Positions 23,731-38,858 of a stretch of DNA of 64,000 bases are shown in pieces. Made by a program: the position numbers and the translations under genes. How positions within the stretch are numbered: the first letter of the stretch is position 1; each line of letters starts with the position of its first letter. The stretch is from Octopus vulgaris (taxonomy: Eukaryota). The notes beneath the pieces were generated by a model. That model ran no database searches, was not told where the DNA came from, and was given only the letters and a program-made list of their open reading frames with translations. The stretch spans positions 88,536,001 to 88,600,000 of the forward strand of contig OX597823.1 in assembly GCA_951406725.2 (NCBI GenBank). Reading direction: 5' to 3'.

Positions 23731-24350
23731 AGAAAATTTACTAATATGAAAAGTTATTATTAGGAAAAGCCTTCTGTCAACCATGTGTACATATGTATTA
23801 TGAATGCGATTCCAACTGCTTAAGATCTCACACTGTAACCTGGGCAGTATGTAAGAGAAATTATGTATATATCATCGATTATACTACCATGTTGCTTTGA
23901 TTTAAAAGCATGATTAATCACGCTCTTTAATAAAAATTACAAGGTTGACTGATTGACAAAATCGATGGTGCATCAAACAAAATAGTTTTTGGTATTTGTT
24001 ATCTTCAAACTACCAATTCTCGACAGTTGTAATTAGCTTGTTAGTCAAATACATTCTATCTCTATGCACAGGGAGACAGAATATCAGAAATATACGGAAG
24101 GACATACAAAAGATAAATGCAAATAACTATAAGGTATGAGTGGAGTGAGAGAAAAATTGTTGTAAAAAAAGTTGGAAATCGAAAGCATAGTAAATGTAAT
24201 TAAGCTACAATAACCTTATAGTAATGGAGAGAGGAAAATTGGTCTAAAACCGATCTGGTGGTAGGAATGAGATTTTGAGGTTTGGTGACAACAAATATTC
24301 TCAAATCTCAAGAACCTTTTATAGAGTTCTTGCAGGATAGAGAATGGCAG

Positions 24351-24567
24351 GTGGTGGACAGCTGACATAATATGTGGAGTATCGAAAAAAAAAACAACTT
24401 TTGCGGCATCTTTCTAGTCATTCACGTTCTGAGCTCAAATCCCAGTGAAGTTAATTTGGCCTCTCATCCGTTTGCAGTCGATAAAATAAAACGCAAACCA
24501 AAAATTGTGGTCGAAGTAATCGACTTACCATCTCCCCTAAAACTGCGGGCCTTGCGCCAAATTTGAA
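24351..24567 (+). mobile_element. Degenerate SINE family B
   Basis: cacgttctgagctcaaatcccagtgaagttaatttggcctctcatccgtttgcagtcgataaaataa..gtaatcgactt. Confidence 0.7.
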
Positions 24568-24906
24568 ATATTCATTGTTATTCAAAATGACACAATTTTT
24601 GGCATGATATAGGAGGGAAACCCCAAAATATGTCGGCAATAATTAACTAATTCAAGAATACATAGCAGGATTTGAAAGAAGAGACAATCATAGAGAAAGT
24701 TTTGACGGTTAGATGGCATGGTGACGAAAGTACCAAAGCGACACCAGTTACTCTATCTTCATCATCATCGTCTGATGAAGTGCAGAAGCTAATATCAGAT
24801 TAGTCTTTCTTCACAACAAAAGGTTTTACTAAAACATTCAGCGTTATCCTTCATGGCTCAACATCACGTTGATTTCCAGAGCAATCTATATCATGCCAAC
24901 GCGCGA

Positions 24907-25148
24907 AATACTGTAAAGTTGGGGTTTTTTGGTACTCTATGCATAGGAAGTCAAATATCATTAGTAGTTAACTTACAAGCGCAGTTCTTGTAAATACTCT
25001 TTTTTTTTAACTAAATAAACACCTAAAAATCCTTTAGAAATTGTCACATGAAATCGTAATATTTTCTAATATTGTAAAGTTGGGGATTTTTTGGTACTCA
25101 ATGCATAGGAAGTCAAATATCTTTAGTAGTTCACTTACAAGCGCAGTT
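24907..25148. repeat. ~80-bp spaced direct duplication
   Basis: 24907-24986 and 25068-25148 are near-identical (tgtaaagttgggg..ggtactc.atgcataggaagtcaaatatc..cttacaagcgcagtt). Confidence 0.9.
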
Positions 25149-26866
25149 TCGTAGTCATAAACGATATTTTCAGTAGTTTTGCATTGTATTACCTTCCAGG
25201 AATATTGATAGAATCTGGCGACTGATTTAATACTACTCAGATTGTTCGCTTACCTAAAACACTTCATACGGTGTTTCTGATTCTTGCTGGTTGTTAGATC
25301 TAATGTGATTGGAAAAACGTTAATAATTGTCAAACATTGTGTCATATTTAACTCTAAATTCTTTAAAGCTCTTTATTAAGCAGTCTGGAGATAGTCTATT
25401 CATGACGCTGGAGGTTATAAGATTTATGTAGATCTAGATCATATATATTGAAATTATTTCTATTACATTGAAGAAACAGAAGCACAGCAGCCCATGTTTC
25501 TTTCATTATCGTGACTTCCATTGTGTAAACAATACGGTTTTGTTGTCAGATTACAAGACTGCGAAACCTATAAGAACGAGATTTCCCATGCGAGACTACA
25601 ATGCCAAATGATATTTATAGAAAAACTGTGAACTGATATGTCTGAATGGTTGTGTAGACACGATTACATACTCCCACACAAACACGCAGACATGTATGCG
25701 CTCACCACACATATATGTATACACACTAATTTATTGAGACTGAGGACAGATTAGAAAATGTTACGATTTCATGTGACAATTTGTAAAGGATTTTTAGGTG
25801 TTTTTTTTCTTCAAAAAAAGAGTATTTTACTTATTTTACTCTGCAATTGTGTGTGTGTGTGTGTTATTTAAAACAGTTTGGTTCGCCCAGTAAGATGATT
25901 TCCAGTTACTGTTGTCTAGAAAGATGTTCACATAAATTCTTAATTCAATGAAATTATTTTGCAACTGGAGGCAACGTTAACCCTAGCATTATTGTTATTT
26001 AAGCATGCTTGCAAAATCAACGTTCACATTTCTCATTCATTACCTCGCTCTGAACTTGAATTTTGTACATTAATAATAGTGTCTGACTTGAATAATTTAC
26101 CCTTGCTCACAATGCATCAGAAGTTTTCTCCTCCGAAAAATATGTTCGTCAACGAAAACTGGACAGAAAAACCTATGTATTTATGAGGTGAATGAGTACC
26201 ATTGAAAATTGTTCGCAGTTATCAGCGTGTTAGCTACTACAGTCTTCTTAAACTTATGTTTTTGTAAAATTATCTAATAAGCTTCTAAATTTAATATTGC
26301 TTTTCGAGAGTCGCTAAGAATCTCGAGTAAGATTTTGTGTACATTTGGTAACTGTACAGCAAATTCAATCTATTGAAATTTTTTGCGTGTTATATTTAAA
26401 ACATCATCACATATCCAGAACAGAGACATCTGTTGCTGTTTAAAGTAAAGTAGATAGGAAATACAACATACATCGTTCAAAAGATAAAATTTAATTATTA
26501 TCACACGATGGATTCTAATAACAATTATATTTATGTGACTTCACTGTGTAAATCTTAAAATCAAGGAACAATGGAATATGCAGTTAGGGCGGAAAAGATA
26601 TTATATCGGTAATGGTTTCGCCTTTATTGTATAACATGGGAGGTAAAATTGTCATCTGCCATCATTTACCATCATCTCAGGTTAATCAAGTAGTTGAGAG
26701 TAAGATATAGTGAGAAATCTGTACAGGGAAACTGTGCATAATACAATCGAATACGTGTGTATTTGAATTTCCTTAGATACCCCATATCTACCAAACCAAA
26801 TTAGCTAGTTAAAAACACCCACCTTCAGGTGGCGATACACATCATACACACACAGACACAGACACA

Positions 26867-27190
<324 letters not shown>

Positions 27191-27216
27191 TCTTGTGGGT
27201 TCGAGGTCGTTGTGAA

Positions 27217-27964
<748 letters not shown>

Positions 27965-27965
<1 letters not shown>

Positions 27966-28361
27966 ACTCTTTTACTTGTTTCAGTCGTTTGACTGCGGCC
28001 ATGCTGGAGCACCGCCTTTAATCGAGCAACTCGACCCCAGAACTTATTCTTTTTGTAAGCCCAGTACTTATTCTATCGGTCTCTTTTGCCGAACCGCTAA
28101 GTAACGGGGACATAAACACACCAGCATCGGTTGTCAAGCAATGCTAGGGGGACAAACACAGACACACAAACAAACACACATGCATATATATATACATATA
28201 TACGACAGGCTTCTTTCAGTTTCTGTCTACCAAATCCACTCACAAGGCATTGGTCGGCCCGGGGCTATAGCAGAAGACACTTGCCCAAGATGCCACGCAG
28301 TGGGACTGAACCCGGTACCATGTGGTTGGTTAGCAAGCTACTTACCACAGCCACTCCTGCG

Positions 28362-28364
<3 letters not shown>
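27965..28364 (-). mobile_element. Full-length SINE family A
   Basis: Reverse of aggcgcaggagtggctgtggtaag..gggttcagtcccactgcgtggc..ggcggtgctccagcatggccgcagtcaaacgactgaaacaagtaaaagag. Confidence 0.93.
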
Positions 28365-28398
<34 letters not shown>

Positions 28399-29527
28399 AT
28401 GCACGTGTGGTGTTTCTTTGTGTGTGTAACAAACGTTTCAAATCCAAACCCTGATCGTAACTGAAACTAATGTTAATACATTAGCTACATGAATAATACC
28501 GTCTCGTCCGCTCAACTTCGCTTGTCTCACACCAGTGGGCGTGAAAAATATGAATTATTTTCTTCTCTCTCGTTCTCTACTTTTTAATAGGAAAGGTGCC
28601 TGCTTGACACACACACACAGCGTCATTCTGATTCTGTCATGATTACGAATCAAGAGATTAGCTTATTCAGGTGACCAATTAACTAAAACTGCATCGTCAC
28701 ACGTTCGACATCCAACATCTCCACCGCTACCACAGATTTAACGATTGGGATAAATGTGTTTATAAATATATAAAACAATATTTAACTCTTCACGTTTAGA
28801 GATCATTATAGCTCTTCATATGTGAATTATGATCAACGGTAAAATGCGAATTGATCGATTTTTAAACGATGTGAAATATGACAGGCGGCATAACTCAATT
28901 TATTACACAATTATACATCAGCTGTCCGTTTCTTCAACAGAAGACCAATATATAACACTGTTTCAAAATAAAAGTATTTTCCAAATTGGGTTATTTACAA
29001 TTCACGTGATAATTTATTGCCGTATGCTATAAAATATACGGGTTTTTTTCTTTTTTTTTTCACTCTGTGACATTTTATAGTGGATAACATTATTTTATTT
29101 AATAAGAATTGATTTATTTGAAAACAACTAAGTTCATATACCATTTAAATTGTTTTCATGTGTGTGTATGTGTACACACACATAAATACATATACATACA
29201 TATATGCACCAGGTGGTGCTATTAAGTTAGACATGGCCTGGGCCAATAATGGCCGAAACCTATCAAAGTATCAAAGTATCAAAGTACATATACATACATA
29301 CATATATATACATACACACACACACACACATACACACACACACATACACACATATATATATATATATATATGTTACGATTATGGTAAACAAACTACTGTT
29401 TGTTTTTGGAAGCATTTACATATACTGTAAGATACAGATAAGGAAATAGCTAATTCTCAAACGAAAAAAACCCTAATAGAACACCAGAGACAGAATAAAA
29501 TATCCATATATGGCAGAAAAAAATTTT

Positions 29528-29617
29528 CAGCAACCAGTCATGAGACTCGAACTCTCATCCCCTTGATTACCGGTGCCGACGCACGAAAATCTCGTCCCTT
29601 CAGTCACTTCACTTAAG
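29528..29617 (-). pseudogene. tRNA-like remnant (pseudo-tRNA or SINE head)
   Basis: Minus strand ..cggtaatcaaggggatgagagttcgagtctcatg with a T-arm stem gagagttcgagtctc (B box GTTCGA). The 5' half is degenerate. Confidence 0.4.
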
Positions 29618-30265
29618 TTCTAAGTTCTATTTTTTCCTATTTGCGTCACCAAAAGTATATTCATTTATATTTTCATTATTTGGGTAACTTCGGTTTTGGC
29701 CAAAATTGGTGAAAAGCAATGTCGAAGTTTTAATACCGGTATTAAAAAATATTTTGTAAAATTTACATCATATATTCTAATATTCACGGACTCTAATTTA
29801 CCCCTGGTAGTTATTGTCAATGTATTCAATTATTTTTTCGTAGTCATGTAATTCATATTTTTCAAGTTTTAGAGAAATCGCGTAAATCAGAAGAATAATA
29901 CGACAGAAATGTTGCTATTTATTCTAAGGAAAAGAAAATCACAGAATAAGTTGTCACATTTCATTTAAAATAAACATTAATATCAAACTAATCAGAGAAA
30001 TGTTTTACGTTGCTTACGAGCTGAGAAATTGTGAGTTGAGGCGTTGAATGTATATGAAAAAAAATGATGATTTTTCAAAATAATAAATAAACAAGGAAAG
30101 AAAAAGAAATGTGAAATTAGTAATTTATTTAATTATTAAAGTAAAAACAAAATATGTAAATCATTTTGTCTGGATGGCTTTTTTTTTAGATTTGTTTAAT
30201 AATATTCGAAGGAGCACGTACTGTGGGACGGGGCAGATGCTAACGGAAGAGAAATGGTGCCTTAT

Positions 30266-30700
30266 TGGTGCTAGGGTGACAGTGTGGCTAAAGGGCTCCC
30301 TTTGCAACTGCGAGGTTTCGGGTTCAGTCCCGCAGCTCGATACCTTGAGCAAGTGACTGCTAACATAGTCCTAATGCGTTGTGGGTGAATTTAGTAAAGG
30401 AAGTCCGTGTCTCATCTCATGATAAATAAATAGATTGATAGATAGATAGATAATAGATATGTATACATGTGAGTGTGTGCATGTGTGTGCGTGTGTGTGT
30501 GTGTGTGTATCACCCCCACTACCATCAGGCTGGTTTCCTTATAAAGTCATAACTCAAGTGTTCGGCAAGTGTGACTGATAATATAAATTCCAGATTTAGA
30601 AAAGCATAAATATTACGGTTGGAGTGTTTGACTAAACCCTTCAAAGTGGATCCCCGGCACGGGGGGCAGTCCAATGATGAAAACATGTACAAGAAAGATA
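30266..30700 (+). mobile_element. Degenerate SINE family A
   Basis: cgggttcagtcccgcagctcgataccttgagcaagtg..TG tract..cagtccaatgatgaaaac. Confidence 0.75.
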
Positions 30701-31410
30701 AATCTTTCCTAACTCCTTGCATTCTTACAAAAGGAGAGAATCGCGTACCTTAGTAACGAACAGGTTCATAATCTCCATTACCAAGATGGCGTAATACTAA
30801 AAATATTGTTTTCAGGAGACTTTACGCACTTGTATTATATGCTGGAAATATTAGACAAATCACTGGTAAATCACATACTATTGTCTTATATAATTACATG
30901 GACACAGTAGCTAAAAGAAAACTAGGTATCTATCAAAGGACAAAATACTTATAGCCACGAGTAGAATATGTTTGATCATAGATCTGTTGTGATCTATGTG
31001 AAGTGGCCCGGGGATAAATACCAACAACAATGATAACAACGCCAACATCAATATATAATTGCTACAACTGGCTACCAATTTTTATGTGGGTGCTACTTAT
31101 TTCTATGTAGGTCATAAAACGATCAATAAGCGAAATATCTCAACGAAAGAAAAGTACATTTTTCTACATTTACAAGAACAATTTAATGAAATACTTAATA
31201 TACGTCAATTTGACGCAAAAACAGAAAGTATAGCCGTTAATTTTGAAAATATTAATCATCATCGCCATTGTTTCATTATCATGTCTCGACGTTAAATAAG
31301 TCTATATATGCATATATTAACTAAGTCCTTTGAGGTATATCACTTATGACAAGGTCTCTCTTTCTCTCTATATATATATATATATATTTATGTGTGTGTA
31401 CTTTTATATA

Positions 31411-31743
31411 AAGGGTAAAGACCCCCTTCGGTCATGAATGACCATGGGATTGCACCTAGAAAGTTACCCTCCTAGACACAAGTCCGGGCAAGGATGTTTA
31501 TGGAAGGCTAGCAGTCGCCCATGCATACCAGCCTCCCCTCTCCACGCCACCAGTGTTATCCAAGGGAAAGACAAAGGTCGATACAGCTTGGCACCTGTGA
31601 CGTCGCAACTCATTTCTACAGCTGAGTGAACTGGAGCAACGTGAAATAAAGTGCCTTGCTCGAGAACACAACACGCAGCCCGGTCCGGGATTCGAGCTCA
31701 CAACCTCACGATCGTAAGCTCGACGCTCTAACCACTGAGCCAT
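31411..31743 (-). mobile_element. tRNA-derived SINE, family D
   Basis: Minus strand atggctcagtggttagagcg (A box)..gagctcgaatcccgg (B box), body gtgttgtgttctcgagcaaggcactttatttcacgttgctccagttcactcagctg, tail ending ggtctttaccctt. Confidence 0.88.
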
Positions 31744-32281
31744 ATACATACATATATATACGTTTCTACTAATGTGTTTTTTATGCATAAGATTATGTAT
31801 CTAAATCTCCATGATTCTGTATATCTATGTATCGAGTAACTTTATTTCAAACGATGCCTCGAAGTCCGATAGTCTGAGATTAATCTTGTTTTAAATAATG
31901 AGTTTCTTTCTTATCAGACATTATATTTTTATGAAACAGTTAATTTCCTTAGCCCATGATATTTCAATACCTTTTGGATTTAATGCAAAGATTAGAGAAG
32001 CGCATTTTTTTAATAAATTGACCCTTATAAATACAAATCAAAGACAGCACACGGCAAAGTAGAACAAAGACTAAGAGCGGGAATATAGTAGATCAATAAT
32101 CCTTCTCACGAAACCAGACACAGATAAGGTACAAAACATACACAGATGACGTACAGAGAACGGACATCCGATGTAAGCATAAAAACTACAAGCGATGATG
32201 CGTAAATCGATCCATAACATCGAAGATAAAAGTGTGACCCTATCGGCGCTTGATCCTGAATATGCTGCTAGAAAATATTTA

Positions 32282-32420
32282 TTTCTTTACTGCCCAGAGG
32301 GGGCTAAACATAGAGGAGACAAACAAGGACGGACAAAGGGATTAAGTCGATTACATCAAGACCAGTGCGTAACTGGTACTTATTTAATCACCCCCGAAAG
32401 GATGAAAGGTAAAGTCGTCC
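32282..32420 (-). mobile_element. 5'-truncated SINE family B
   Basis: Closely matches 6237-6362. Confidence 0.85.
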
Positions 32421-34119
32421 ACATAAAAATACTTGAAGACTTTTCCATAATGGCAAAAGAGAAAAAATATGGTTCATGCATAAAATATGCCACTAAGTTA
32501 TGAATCCGTGTATGTGCATGTCTGATCAGTATGCCATTTATCTGGCAATGAGCCCTGATAAGTTTTATTCCAATGAGTGAAAGCACCCAAAGTACGATGT
32601 CGAAAGCCAATATTTTCCTTAAAAAATATATTAACCACATATATAAATATATTTAATACCAGTTACAAATAAGAACTTTTCTTTTTTTGTGTGGTTAGAC
32701 AAAATGAAATGCATCAAATAACCACTATTAAATAATTCCTTGAAGTGACAGTGGAAATTACATAGTTTATATTAAAGCATAGACTTTAATCTTTGGTTCA
32801 TCTGACTTAAAGTGATTCGTGTAACTGATGCATATTTAGTTCAATTTTAGAGCATTATATGCATGTATATTTCTTTTAATATTCTTTAACTTAATATCTC
32901 CTATGTACAAAGCCTGAACGAAAATTAAAAACTTTATCCAGAAAATTTAGTACCCGTCGAAGGCTTCGCAATGTTGAAGGGAGGTTAACTTTCAAAAACA
33001 ACGGGTTATCTCAACGTGAAAAAAAAATCAACAAAGGATAATTTTGTATATCATCGCTGAATATGCATTAGGTTAGCAAGGTTTGTATAACTTTGTTCAA
33101 AGAGCTTATTAATTTTATTCCATGCAGCTTGTCTATATTATTTAAATGGCAATTATACAGTTCACTGCTTGAAAACAATACATATCTCGTTGTTCATATG
33201 ATATATAGACAGCTAACGTAGCACATCTGAAGCAAATAAGATATTAATTAACTAATGACGTATCAAATGCTGAGCTCCAGTGTATTATAGGAAAGTCAAT
33301 TTACAAAGCAACTCCCTTTGATTGCAGGGGTAATATCAAAAGAATTAATGTAAAGGAATGAGAAAATAATAGACAAAAAAGTTTTATAATGTGCTTTGAG
33401 GAAAATCAATATTTGAACTTCCTTTCCAAAACAACTTTATAGATGAGCTCATTGTCGGATAATTATATCAAGCAGCCTAAGCTATTCTCCAAAAATTATT
33501 ACCAATAACAGACACATCCCAGATTCTACGCCTATCTGCGCCAAATAATGGAATGTTAATCGAGTGTTATTTTTGTTTTTTGCTTACAGTTGATTTACCT
33601 TTCATGTTCGTATTTTGTTTTGTTGCTTGTGTGGAAGTGTGTACGTGTGAGTACCTGCGTATATGTATGCGTGTACATGTTTATATGTGTACGTTTTTTG
33701 TGGAAGTGCTTTTTTTTTCTACCTGCTGTGGTAGAAATAGTCCCAGACCATACTTGATTAATATGCTGACTTAATAGAAGACGGAATCATTTTTCTTAAT
33801 AGTACATATTAACGTGATTTGATGTATCAGCTTCCTCGGCATGTTTTAATAATTATTTTTTCTGTTTTATTTATTTCAAGATGTTTTCTACATCATGAAA
33901 TTTAACGAAGCAAATCAAGATGTAGTAAAGCTAATCACGTCGTATATGTTATGTAAACATGAAAACGAACGCAATGTTTCTTTCATTAAAAAGAAAATAA
34001 TTTTTTGTAAATTCACCTCTTAAAGGTGAGAGTAGGGCATTGATAAAAGAAATGAAATTTCAGAATATTTTCTACTCGTAATTTTATAACAGAAGAGAAA
34101 GTAAAATAAACTATACTTA

Positions 34120-34884
34120 AGGTGCAGGCGTATTTGAGTGGTTAAGAAGCCCTCTTTGCAAGCATGCAGTTTTAGGTTCTATCGCATTGCGCGGTACCTC
34201 GGGCAAGTACCTTGTAAACGAGAATTGTGTGGAAGACAGTCGTGTGTATATCTTTTACTTATTTCAGTCATTTGACAGCGGCTACGCTGGAGCACCACCT
34301 AGAAGGATTTTTGGTCGAACTAAACGACCCAAGGGATCAATTTTTTAAAGATTAGTACTTAGTCTATCGGTCTCTTATGCCGAACCGCTAGAATACGGAC
34401 ACATAAACATACCAGCACCGTTTGTCAAGCTGTGAAAGGGAAACACACACGAACATACGCATCGATATATATATATATATATACAATGGGCTTCTTTCAG
34501 TTTCTCAAAAGGCTTTGGCCGTCCTGAGGCTATAGTAAAAGACACTTGCCCAAGGTGCCATGGACTGTGACTTAACCTGGAACCATGTGGTTGGGAAGCA
34601 AGCTTCTTACCACTCAGCCACACCGTGTATAAATATGCGTGTGTGTGTGTACATATATATATATGTGTGTGTGTGTGTGTGATGCATGTGAGCGTGTGTG
34701 TCTGTGTTTCAGTTTCTTCAGCTCATCACTTGACAAATGATATTGGAGTGTTTACTCCTCTGTAACTTAACGGTTCGCAGCAGATATAAAAGAAAAGACA
34801 TATTAGGGGCGATTTGTTAAAATAAACTTTTTAAGATGGTGCCACAACATGGTCCCAATCCAATGACTGAGGCAAATAGAAGAG
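34120..34884 (+). mobile_element. Old SINE family A (outer), split by a nested copy
   Basis: Head 34120-34250 (aggtgcaggcg..ggtacctcgggcaagt). 3' half 34632-34884 (tcacttgacaaatga..tgtaacttaacggttcg..caatgactgaggc). Confidence 0.75.
34251..34624 (-). mobile_element. SINE family A nested in opposite orientation
   Basis: tcttttacttatttcagtcatttgac..gacacttgcccaaggtgcca..cagccacacc, flanked by gtgtata on both sides. Confidence 0.88.
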
Positions 34885-36862
34885 AAACATATCCTATGTA
34901 TAACAACCACGTGCGAATTTTAAGACTATATGAATGAATAACAAGAGATAAAACAAGCACACAGATCGAATTACAGTTTGTCATTTGATAAAAAAAAAAC
35001 TCTATGCAATGCGAAATATACAGTCAATGGTCGTCTCTTGCTAACAATTCTCACAGCATTTATAACGTTGCAGAAACATATTTAACAACATAAAAATCTG
35101 AATATCAATTACGAGGCAGACAGCAGCATAAATTAGTAACACAAAGATTATATCTTTCTATGCGATAAATATGCATGAAGCACATACAATTCAAGAATAT
35201 CAGAAAATACGCGTCGCATGTTTGTAAAAGGGACGGACACCCTTCATGAAGAAACGAGGTGCACAGATGATTAATTCATTGGGATATCAGATAAAATGTT
35301 GTCATGTACTGTAGCGCGATGATCTATGGAATGGACAGAAAACAGGAGAGGAAAGGTGGGTTGGAGTGAAAAGAAGTAGGTGTGAGATGAAGAGAGAAGA
35401 TGGGGGAGTCAGATGAAGAGGGGGAGTTGAGCCCATGTAGCGAAAAGATGCGAAGAGAGAAGATAAATTCCAGTTCACGGCGAAGGTGGGAATCCGACTG
35501 GCCCCTATGTAAAGGCAATACAAACACAGACATGTGTTGTAATGAATGACAGGTAGAGCGGAAATGGCGCGAAACCGGGATGCGCTTTGCCATACAACTA
35601 CGCTAAGTCACAACCAAAAAGTACACAGGCCCCACCGCACACAAAAACTGCAGTATTTCATTACTACATTTAAGAGAAAAGTTGTGCGGTAGATATCGTT
35701 TTACAATATCATTTGTTTTTTAGCACAGTAACACAAGGAGTGATACATTCGCAGTTTATATCTCACTGGGTATATTTACTAGCTTACCACTACTGTATAT
35801 TTAAAAATCTCAGGAAAATATGAAAATTGTAATAGAGTTTATGATAAATATACATTTATCGGAGTATAAATAAGTTAATCTGAAATCAAGCTACCCTATA
35901 ACTAATCGAACACCAATTTTTCTGAATCAATATTTTAATTGTTAACATTGATACGAAGCAGATTTTCTAGTAGTGTATTTCATGATGTAATATAGAAGTG
36001 AAATTTTATGAACCTTTAACCAGAAGCAGAATTCACATGCAGCTGAGCCAACACTGTATTTTATAAGAAGACATTAATGCAGATATTTGATTTTGTGAAT
36101 GGAAATAATTTGTGGTCTTCAAAGAGCAATTAACTATTTAAGTGACCCATTGCTCGTCAAGCATTTCAAAATGTCTACTTGGATAAACTATAATGTATAA
36201 AGGAACATAATTAAATTGATATTTTCTGAGCTATAAGTTCAAATGCACAGAGGTTTGAATGTTAGGTTGAACCAATAACAAAATAGTTGATTTTAAAGTC
36301 AACTTCCACGTGACCTCTGTCTGGCTAAGTTAACCTTACTATTAAGCGGAAACTTTTACCAATATTTTCATTAGGCTGCATGAAATAAATACGATAAGTA
36401 TATAATTTATATGGTTATCGATTATTTTTAAAGGATAATTTAAAATGCTAATGAGAGAGCGAATGTCACGTTTCATGATTAAACAATATTTTCAGTAAAT
36501 AGTGAAGAATTACTCTTCAAATGGTGAATTTTATTTTGCATTTCGATTATTCAAAATACTTTATGATCTCGTGAAGATTATTCGAGACTGAATTATATTA
36601 AATATCTAATGCATAATGCACCGATGATTTTCGAAGGATGAGTTTGTAGAACCCAGCAAGTAATCTTCTTTGTTTGTTTCCTTCCGTTCTCATATCTGTA
36701 CGCTCTTTTCTGTTTTAGCAGTTTTACAACATACATAATTATTATTTATTTATGCAACCTATGGTTAATCATCCCTTTGTTACTCTTTTCCCTTCCCACT
36801 GAATGGACACACACAGATATGTGTATGTGTGTGTCCAAACAGGAACACGCAAATAATATATA

Positions 36863-36948
36863 GGTAGATAGAAAATAGACTGATAGATAAATAGATAAAT
36901 AGATAGATAGATAGATAGACAGAGATAGAGAGAGAGAGAAAGAGAGAG

Positions 36949-37009
<61 letters not shown>

Positions 37010-37157
37010 TACATAAATACATCCATGTATAAATATATGCATATGTACATGCATGCATACATACATGCATACGTATATACATACATACAGCCATACATAA
37101 ATATATGCATGCATACATACATACATACATACATACATACATACATACATACATACA

Positions 37158-37186
<29 letters not shown>
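36863..37186. repeat. (GATA)n/(GA)n/(ACAT)n microsatellites
   Basis: Direct observation. Confidence 0.95.
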
Positions 37187-37188
<2 letters not shown>

Positions 37189-38858
37189 GTAAACCTGTTG
37201 TTAAATTAAGAATACATTTTAAATAATGCCTTGTAAAAAACATTCTGCAGTGCTAAAGAAAATTCGGGGTAAGAATAAGTGATTTTAGAAGCTGTTTTTA
37301 AAAAGAAAAACAGAAATTAAATCTGTGCTAATATATCTGAAGCAGCATCTAAGAAATCCCATAAACCGTTGAATCGATCAACGGTTTCAATGCGATGCCT
37401 TGTTTCTTAGTTAGGCATGTATCCATTATAGCAAAAATCTATTTAGTGTTGCTTCAGGTAAACAATAATCTTCGCAGAATACATAAAATCATATGAAGCC
37501 ATGTGTTACAGAGAGAACTGCTGGAAGAATTCAAAGTACATCTTTTTTTATATTATTTCTTTGATAAGATTCGTGCTACTGAATATTCATTCTACCCCAG
37601 CATTTGAAATGGATAATATAATGAGATTAAGAACAAATACTACAATATCTTTAAAGATGTTACCTCCTGGAGCATCTACGTAACAAATTTACGTCCATTT
37701 TTTGTTGGGTTTTTTTTCTGTATTTAATAATATTCAGTTGGTTTGTTTAAGCCGAGGAACACAGCTATATTGTAATTCAACACTTGCCATATTATCGTTA
37801 TTTAAATTGATTCAAAAGTAAAGGAAAGAGAATAATTGGCTCTTTTGCATGTCATGTTTCTCTCACACACAAAAAACATTTAATATTCTATACTGTGTTA
37901 ACACGTTCCCGTGAAAGTTGTTTGAGTTTATTCTAAAGTTTAAGGAAGGCAATTGTTAAGTTTGGTGCTCATATCTTTTTTTTCATTACTTGTTTTCTTC
38001 TGAATGCAGTTATTTTGCTATCAAACCGGAAGCCATTGTTGGGATTAGAATTTTAAAAATATCGTTAGAAATAGGAAGTAGAAGATATATTTTGCTTCTT
38101 GAAAGTACGAATATCTATGCATTAAAGTTGATCAAATAATATAGATATGCAAATAGCATTTATTTCTATAAATTCCGATTCTATTAATAAAAAATATCTT
38201 CTACCTCTTTAAAAATTCTACTTACACACCTGTTTAAAATCTTCGAAGTTTATTCTTTATCATTAAAGACAAGGCATATACTGTTTCGACGAAAGGTGTG
38301 AAAACTTGTTATAATTTCTACAACAAAATTTTGTTGAAATTTTGTTGAAATTTCTGTTACTAAAATTCTATGTCTCTGAAGGGATCTTCAGCACAGATAT
38401 GACACACTGACAACCAACAACCGTATAGAATGACACAAGCTCTTCTCAACAGAAATACTGATGAGAATTCTTCTTTCACTTCAAAATAAACAATATTGCT
38501 AATTACTAACATGACAGTGACATTGTCAGTTTCAATAGTCAATAAACAGTTGAATGTTTAATTTCTTTTCCAGCAGCTTTTATTTTCCAATACTTAATAA
38601 TTCAATTGGTTTCACATCTTGTTAAAAGTTCCAAAGCAAGATATATGTAAACAATAAATATACAATATGCACTAAATAATAAATATACAATATATACTAT
38701 AAACCTCTCTTGACACGTGTTGAATATGATGTCATTAGATACACAGTATGGAAACCTTGCAATACGTTATTTGTCAATATGTTATATATTTGTACGACTT
38801 TAGAGACAGTCTCACTGCAAAGTAGTTTATTACTGTGTAATATGTGTTGATACAACAC

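Noticed and set aside
31670-31743. tRNA gene
   Set aside because: A and B boxes are present but no acceptor stem, and it continues into a SINE body; it is a SINE head.
37363-37387. 10-bp perfect hairpin (also a 9-bp one at ~18887-18912)
   Set aside because: Short isolated inverted repeats with no supporting context; bacterial-type terminators are not relevant here.
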